From: Candidatus Hydrothermarchaeales archaeon | Lineage (GTDB): Archaea; Hydrothermarchaeota; Hydrothermarchaeia; Hydrothermarchaeales; JAZGAD01 | Assembly: GCA_036444275.1 (NCBI GenBank) | Contig: JAZGAD010000041.1 | Span: forward strand, 1 to 32,287 | Reading direction: 5' to 3' | DNA length: 32,287 bases | In this document: positions 27,241-32,287 of the stretch, one piece after another | Position numbering within the stretch: position 1 is the stretch's first letter | Layout: the number at the start of each line of letters is the position of its first letter | Made by a program: the position numbers and the translations under genes | The notes under the pieces: generated by a model | Databases searched by the model: none | What the model was told of the DNA's origin: nothing | Seen by the model: the letters and a program-made list of their open reading frames with translations, nothing else

Positions 27241-27612
27241 ATGGAAGTTCAGAGCAGATATAGCAAAGCGATTGATGAGTTTGTTAAGAAGGTGTTGGAA
27301 AAATACGGTAACAGAATAGAGAAGATAATCTTATTTGGGAGCTATGCTAGGGGCGACTTTGAGGGTGAAAGCGATATAGACGTTCTGGTGGTTGGAGACA
27401 TCACCTTGAATGATGCCGTAGATATAACTGTTCCTCTGATGTTAAAGCACGGGAAATACATTTCTCCCAAGGTCAAAACTTCCGAATACTTGAGATTTCT
27501 AGTCAGGGAGGGATCCTCCTTTATAAAAAACGTTCTAGAAGAAGGTGTAGTGATATATGACCGAATGGGAGCGACACCTCGGAAAGGCAGAGGAGAAGTT
27601 CAAGTCAGCTAG
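27241..27612 (+). CDS. Minimal nucleotidyltransferase (MNT) antitoxin
   Basis: ILFGSYARGD...SDIDVLVV. TTATATAA at 27211-27218 suggests a leaderless mRNA. Confidence 0.92.
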   Translation: MEVQSRYSKAIDEFVKKVLEKYGNRIEKIILFGSYARGDFEGESDIDVLVVGDITLNDAVDITVPLMLKHGKYISPKVKTSEYLRFLVREGSSFIKNVLEEGVVIYDRMGATPRKGRGEVQVS

Positions 27613-27943
27613 GATACTCTTCGAGCACGGTCAATATGCCGATGCGGTTAGCAGGGGTTATTATGCGATGTATCACTCTGCCAAGGCTGTACTTTCTTTT
27701 AAAGACATCCACCCAAGGAGGCATGCCGGAGTAATATCCATGTTTGGCTTGCATTTCATTAATGAGGGATACATAGAAGAAACGTATGCGAAAGCGCTTT
27801 CCAGAGGGGAGGAACATCGAAGTGATGCAGACTACGACATTTACTATACGGCAACAAAGGAAGAGGCCGAGGGAGTAATACGGGATGCAGAGGCATTTCT
27901 TGAAAGGATAAAAAAAGCTATCAAGGAAATTCAAGTGAAATAG
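27557..27943 (+). CDS. HEPN-domain protein (MNT-HEPN toxin-antitoxin pair)
   Basis: AVSRGYYAMYHSAKA, 'RHAGVIS.F', R-x4-Y motif (RSDADY). Confidence 0.92.
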   Translation: MTEWERHLGKAEEKFKSARILFEHGQYADAVSRGYYAMYHSAKAVLSFKDIHPRRHAGVISMFGLHFINEGYIEETYAKALSRGEEHRSDADYDIYYTATKEEAEGVIRDAEAFLERIKKAIKEIQVK

Positions 27944-27952
27944 TTACACAAG

Positions 27953-30784
27953 CTATTCCACATAGATGGCTGGTTTCATCGGGGCTGCATGCTTCCTCTT
28001 GTTCATCGGATCATAGACATCCTCGTCAGCTCCATAGATCTCTACTTGGGCTCCAAAATCCTTCTCCAAGAAGCTTTTAGCCTCTTTTAAACTAGATAAT
28101 TCGTCTATCTCGACATCGAATCTGAGCTTAGAGGGATCCTTCATAAGCTGGTTAACGTATTTCACTGCCTCCTCGCCACGCTTCCGCACGCCCTCAAGTT
28201 TCATAACCTCGCCTATAACCTCCTTTACTGCCTGCTTTTGAAGGCTGCTCGCAACCTCGTACACCCTCCACTTCCATGTGGGGGCAGCATAGATAAGGAT
28301 GCGCTTGGGCTTCATCTTGGTTACCTCAAGGATACTCTCTACGTCTCTGGCGGTGCCCTTCACCAGTTCTTCAGCGATCTCTGCCTTCCTGTCTATGAGA
28401 CCTTCGTCTGCCTCAGGCCAAGGAGCTAGAGAAACGAATCCCTTCGCACCGGAGTTCAACCATAGTTCCTCACAAGTATAGGGTATGAATGGAGCCAGCA
28501 ACCTAAGCCACTTATCCAGAATGCCGCGTAGGACGCTACCCTTCTCCTTTTTCTTTCCCTCAACTCTCTTCATATACCACAGTAGATCCTTAGTGAAGAG
28601 GTAAAAGGCACTCTGGATAGCCTTCCTAGTTTGAAAACCCTCCAAAGCCTCAGTAGTTTCCTTAATCGTTGAATTAAACCTCGACAGGAGCCACCTGTCT
28701 ATACCCTCACGCTGTCCGCCAGTGCTCTCCATCGCGATGATACTGCTAGCGATGTCGAAGAATCTATCAATTTGTTTCCTCGTGGCCCTAACTAGGTTTT
28801 CTCTCCAGTCAAAATCCTGCCAGGGCTCAGCTGAGCCCATGAGAAACATTCTGGCCACATCGGCGCCGTATTTCTCTATTGCGTCCTCCAACAGCACGAC
28901 GTTCCCCTTGGAAGAGGACATCTTATTCCCTTCTAATAGTCCCATGCCGAAGACCACTATACCCAAAGGCCAATCTTCTCTCGGGAACACAGCTGTATGA
29001 TGGAATATATGAAAGGTCAGATGATTACCGATTAGGTCCTTTGCAGAGAGCCTCCAGTCAGGGGGATACCAGTATCTAAATTCTCTATGCATGCCCTCCA
29101 ATACTTCGTGATCGATGCCGCTTTCCCTAGATAGGTCCTCAGGATCGCCAGCACCCAGGTAAATATAGTCAAATACCTCTCCACCGAGCCTTTCTGGCTC
29201 TATATCCTTAATGTATCTAGCGATCGTGTAGTAGCTCATATATATCGTTGAGTCGCTCAAGGGCTCGATAATCCATTTCTCATCCCAGGGTAGCTTTGTT
29301 CCTAAGCCCTGGCTCCTGGTACAGGCCCATTCATGAAGCCAGTCGATTACATGGTTGAAACTTGCTTTGGTCTCAGTAGGAATGATACTCATATTCTCCA
29401 AGCATGTATGGGCCTCTTCTTTCCAGGTTGCGTCTGAATACCTGAGGAACCATTGGTCTTCTAAGATTTTAATTACACATTCAGTATTACATCTGCATAC
29501 AACCGGCCCGGTAGAGAAATCATACATGGTGTCGCCGCTTCCCTCGGCAAGCATCCTCTGTCTAATTTCTTCCCTAGCGAGATTAACGTTCACCCCTCCG
29601 AACTCAGGGATCTCCTCTTTCATCTTGCCCTTTGCATGCTCCTCTTTGTAGATCTTTTCAGTTGCATCCTCAAGCTTCTCATCGTTTTGGTCCGTGATAC
29701 CCATGCTCTCGCATATCTCTCTAGCGGGAGCTGACTCGTAGCCCTTTATATCGATTATCGTTATGGGCTCTATCGACAGAGCCGCCTTATAGCCAGACTT
29801 CTTCAAGTCTACTAAAGCCATATAATCAAATGGGGCATGCGCTGGAACCGAGAACACTACACCTGTGCCATAGTTGGGATCTAAGAACGTAGCCGGTAGA
29901 ACCGCAACTTCCTTTCCAGTAATAGGTGTTACCACAAGTTTATCGATGAACTCGCTTCCCATGACTTCGCCTATAATCTCAACCTTCTTTGCCTGGTGCT
30001 TCAGCTTCTCACTAGCCTCCCTGCTGATCACCCAGAGCTCTCCGTCTACCTTTGCTTTCACGTACTTCGTCTCTGGATCGAGCCAGATGTTCGTGGTTCC
30101 AAAAACAGTTTCGGGTCTAAGGGTGGCGGTCGGCAGGAACAAATCATTGTATTTAAACTTGAGGAGAGTGAACTCGTTGATCTCTGCTTCCTCTCCCGCT
30201 AAGAGGTCATGGTCTCCAACTGGATTCTTATCATTCGGACAGTACTTAACAGGGTGCTTTCCCTTGGTGATAAGCTTCTTTTGATTTAGCTTTGAATACT
30301 GCCAGCTGATGAACTTATTGTACTGCTTGTCTTTGGTCATGAACTGTCTACTCCAGTCAATGGAGTAGCCCATCCTCTTCATTAGGTCCCTGTACTCGGC
30401 GCTGAAGTAGTCTACTATTGTCTCTGGCTTGGTGAAATCCTTTAACGTATCCTTTGGCACATGATAGACGTTGCCGTACAGCCACAGGGCCTCCTTGTCG
30501 CCTCTCTGAATCCTCTCAGCGACGCCAAGAACAGGCGTACCAGTGACATGCCAGGCCATTGGGAAGAGCACATTGAAGCCCTGCATCCGTTTAAAACGAG
30601 CCATGACGTCAGGCACAGTATAGGTCCGTCCATGACCGATGTGCATTGAGCCAGAGGGATAGGGATAGGCAACTGTCAGATAAAACTTCTTCTCATCAGA
30701 GGCGGCAGCTTGAAAGACGCCAGCTTCTTCCCAGCGTTTCATCCACTTCTTTTCAATCTTCTTGAAATCCATCATGGCTCTCAT
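27953..30784 (-). CDS. leuS: Leucyl-tRNA synthetase (archaeal type)
   Basis: [53 protein letters not shown]. The true start may be ATG 30775 or 30772. Confidence 0.97.
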   Translation of the reverse strand: MRAMMDFKKIEKKWMKRWEEAGVFQAAASDEKKFYLTVAYPYPSGSMHIGHGRTYTVPDVMARFKRMQGFNVLFPMAWHVTGTPVLGVAERIQRGDKEALWLYGNVYHVPKDTLKDFTKPETIVDYFSAEYRDLMKRMGYSIDWSRQFMTKDKQYNKFISWQYSKLNQKKLITKGKHPVKYCPNDKNPVGDHDLLAGEEAEINEFTLLKFKYNDLFLPTATLRPETVFGTTNIWLDPETKYVKAKVDGELWVISREASEKLKHQAKKVEIIGEVMGSEFIDKLVVTPITGKEVAVLPATFLDPNYGTGVVFSVPAHAPFDYMALVDLKKSGYKAALSIEPITIIDIKGYESAPAREICESMGITDQNDEKLEDATEKIYKEEHAKGKMKEEIPEFGGVNVNLAREEIRQRMLAEGSGDTMYDFSTGPVVCRCNTECVIKILEDQWFLRYSDATWKEEAHTCLENMSIIPTETKASFNHVIDWLHEWACTRSQGLGTKLPWDEKWIIEPLSDSTIYMSYYTIARYIKDIEPERLGGEVFDYIYLGAGDPEDLSRESGIDHEVLEGMHREFRYWYPPDWRLSAKDLIGNHLTFHIFHHTAVFPREDWPLGIVVFGMGLLEGNKMSSSKGNVVLLEDAIEKYGADVARMFLMGSAEPWQDFDWRENLVRATRKQIDRFFDIASSIIAMESTGGQREGIDRWLLSRFNSTIKETTEALEGFQTRKAIQSAFYLFTKDLLWYMKRVEGKKKEKGSVLRGILDKWLRLLAPFIPYTCEELWLNSGAKGFVSLAPWPEADEGLIDRKAEIAEELVKGTARDVESILEVTKMKPKRILIYAAPTWKWRVYEVASSLQKQAVKEVIGEVMKLEGVRKRGEEAVKYVNQLMKDPSKLRFDVEIDELSSLKEAKSFLEKDFGAQVEIYGADEDVYDPMNKRKHAAPMKPAIYVE

Positions 30785-30941
30785 CTTTTAGTCAGTGATT
30801 TAGAATTTAAAAGTAGCGGAATCGGAAATCAAAATAGGAATCATAGGATATCACAAAAATTAGGGATTCACCTATCAGAGATACTGAAAGGGAGTGATTT
30901 GCCTTATCCCGTATAGGAACCAATGGAGATACGTACGTACG

Positions 30942-31685
30942 TCACTCGCTCTCTATCCTTGGAGCTAAAAGAAAGCTGAGTTTGGAACTCGGACCTAGAA
31001 AATCCATCTTAACGGGTATATTGTCGCCTAGAGATATGCGCACTGAGTTCGCGATGTCACTAGCTTTGATCATGTCTTTGAGGTATTCGATGGAAAACAT
31101 GCTCTTGCACTCGCCCTTAACCTCGAAGGTGATTGCTTCCTCCTTGGCGACTTTTACCTCTACGTTACCAAGGTCGCCCTTTGCCTCGATGTATAAAAAT
31201 TCCTCATCAGCACGTAACATAACGTGGTCGCTTATTATCTCCGCATCCTTTATTCCCTCACTGATTATCTTTGGGTCTAGCTCCACCAAGCCTGGGAAAT
31301 CTAAGCTCGGAACCTTGAGTTCTTCCTCAGAGACTTCTATAAGAGGTAGCTCGAATACACGCTTTGAAGAGTTCTCGAATTTTATCTTCAGGGAGTTTCC
31401 CTCTTCGCCGAGTTCTAGGGATATCTTGTCTGTAGCCCCCGCTCTTTTCAAAATGGTGTTGAATCTATCCAGGTCAAGGCCCAGCACGAGTGGCTCTGAC
31501 ACTTGGAACTCGTCGAAAGCATCCTTCTGGAGTTCGAAGTCAACCAAGGCTACGTGAGCAGGGTCCATAGCTCTTAATCTTAGCCCCTTCTCATCTACAT
31601 TCACCCCGGCCTCGTCTATCATGTTTGAAATCGCTTCTAGTGAATACTTCAAAATCTTTGGATCCGTCAAACTTGCCTTAAACAT
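30942..31685 (-). CDS. pcn: DNA polymerase sliding clamp (PCNA)
   Basis: MFKA..., RAMDPAHVALV, FLLAPRIE. ATG 31685 follows SD AGGAGGT. Confidence 0.97.
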   Translation of the reverse strand: MFKASLTDPKILKYSLEAISNMIDEAGVNVDEKGLRLRAMDPAHVALVDFELQKDAFDEFQVSEPLVLGLDLDRFNTILKRAGATDKISLELGEEGNSLKIKFENSSKRVFELPLIEVSEEELKVPSLDFPGLVELDPKIISEGIKDAEIISDHVMLRADEEFLYIEAKGDLGNVEVKVAKEEAITFEVKGECKSMFSIEYLKDMIKASDIANSVRISLGDNIPVKMDFLGPSSKLSFLLAPRIESE

Positions 31686-31699
31686 CAATCTTACCTCCT

Positions 31700-32038
31700 T
31701 TAAGATGAAGATGAATCATTCATGATTTCAGATACGTACTTTACCTGCTCGTAAAGCTTCAAATCCAGCTTGCTCATGTCTTGCAACGCCTCCACTTCTA
31801 TCTCGGTTATCTCACCAACTCTGACCTTGCCTATCACCCTCACAAGCTTTCCTTCATCAGTCCTTGCAAAGACCTCTGGATCGGAGAATAAAGCAATTAC
31901 CCTGCCGGTTCCATCATCTACCATAACAGAGTTATTCGCCTCGTCTCTACCGACAACCAACCCTAGCACTTTCACCCTGAAGTCTTCACCGCTTATATCC
32001 TTTATACTCTTCTCCAAAGCCGGTTGTCTCCTCATCAT
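31700..32038 (-). CDS. Single OB-fold protein, RPA small-subunit (Rpa3/RPA14)-like
   Basis: 'RRQPALEKSIKDI...RVKVLG', 'VDDGTG', 'GKLVRVIGKV', 'LDLKLY'; SD AGGTGAG. Confidence 0.75.
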   Translation of the reverse strand: MMRRQPALEKSIKDISGEDFRVKVLGLVVGRDEANNSVMVDDGTGRVIALFSDPEVFARTDEGKLVRVIGKVRVGEITEIEVEALQDMSKLDLKLYEQVKYVSEIMNDSSSS

Positions 32039-32071
32039 ATTCAACTCACCTATATATTTATTGGTCTCATC

Positions 32072-32287
32072 CTAGTTGTATTCCCGCCAGGTAAACTTGC
32101 ATTTGGTGCACCTGAAGAACCGGGTCTCGGGTTCATCTGCTCCCCGGGTCTGGCGCAACCACCACTCAGCTAGAGTATTCCCACACCTGGTGCATTCGGC
32201 ATCAGTAGTCGGAAGGGTCCCGATTTCATCCTCCAGGATGAGAAGTTTATTCTTTTTCTTAAGGGTCTGCGTAAGTTTGAACTCTTG
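32072..32287 (-). CDS. tfs: Transcription factor S (3' part; the 5' end lies outside the window)
   Basis: Manual translation ...LPTTDAECTRCGNTLAEWWLRQTRGADEPETRFFRCTKCKFTWREYN* contains the ADE acidic hairpin of the TFIIS-type Zn ribbon. Confidence 0.95.
   Translation of the reverse strand, partial: QEFKLTQTLKKKNKLLILEDEIGTLPTTDAECTRCGNTLAEWWLRQTRGADEPETRFFRCTKCKFTWREYN

Noticed and set aside
30930-30942. TACGTACGTACGT short tandem palindrome after pcn
   Set aside because: Too short and isolated to assign a function.
30982-31557. Long antisense ORFs (e.g. 30982-31557, 21877-22401, 25829-26284, 29874-30284)
   Set aside because: Ser/Phe-rich shadows of well-supported genes on the opposite strand.
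1-32287. CRISPR array, rRNA or tRNA genes
   Set aside because: No regularly spaced repeats or RNA-gene signatures were found by eye; intergenic gaps are short and mostly explained.

Overview
Archaeal chromosomal window of euryarchaeal type. Strong GGAGGTGA ribosome-binding sites, split GMP synthase subunit B, Trm1, PCNA, TFS, archaeal LeuRS and HdrA/MvhD support this; a Hydrothermarchaeota-like host is only a guess. The left ~6.3 kb is an accessory signalling region: the N-terminus of an MCP-like four-helix-bundle receptor, small membrane proteins, a duplicated structured leader, a 1150-aa REC-PAS-PAS-GAF-GAF-PAS-DUF835-wHTH regulator, a KaiC-like stub, an AbrB-like gene and an IS110 remnant. 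Next is purA-pyrG-guaAB, interrupted by a ~1 kb PIN/RHH cassette bounded by a perfect 47-bp direct repeat. Then come a KaiC/RAD55-like ATPase fused through a TM helix to a probably extracellular carbohydrate-binding domain, with an LCP/DUF4012-like partner, followed by trm1, nfi, a VapBC-like pair, rbkR(ribK)-ribB, ilvE and a response regulator. hdrA-mvhD is divergent from a putative coenzyme M/sulfonate cluster (DUF2096-like, amidohydrolase, cysteate synthase, fused ComDE, signal-less THI5/SsuA-like protein, DsrE-like protein). The window ends with MNT-HEPN, leuS, pcn, an RPA3-like OB protein and the 3' part of tfs. No rRNA, tRNA or CRISPR array was seen. All family calls come from motif recognition by eye, not from database searches.
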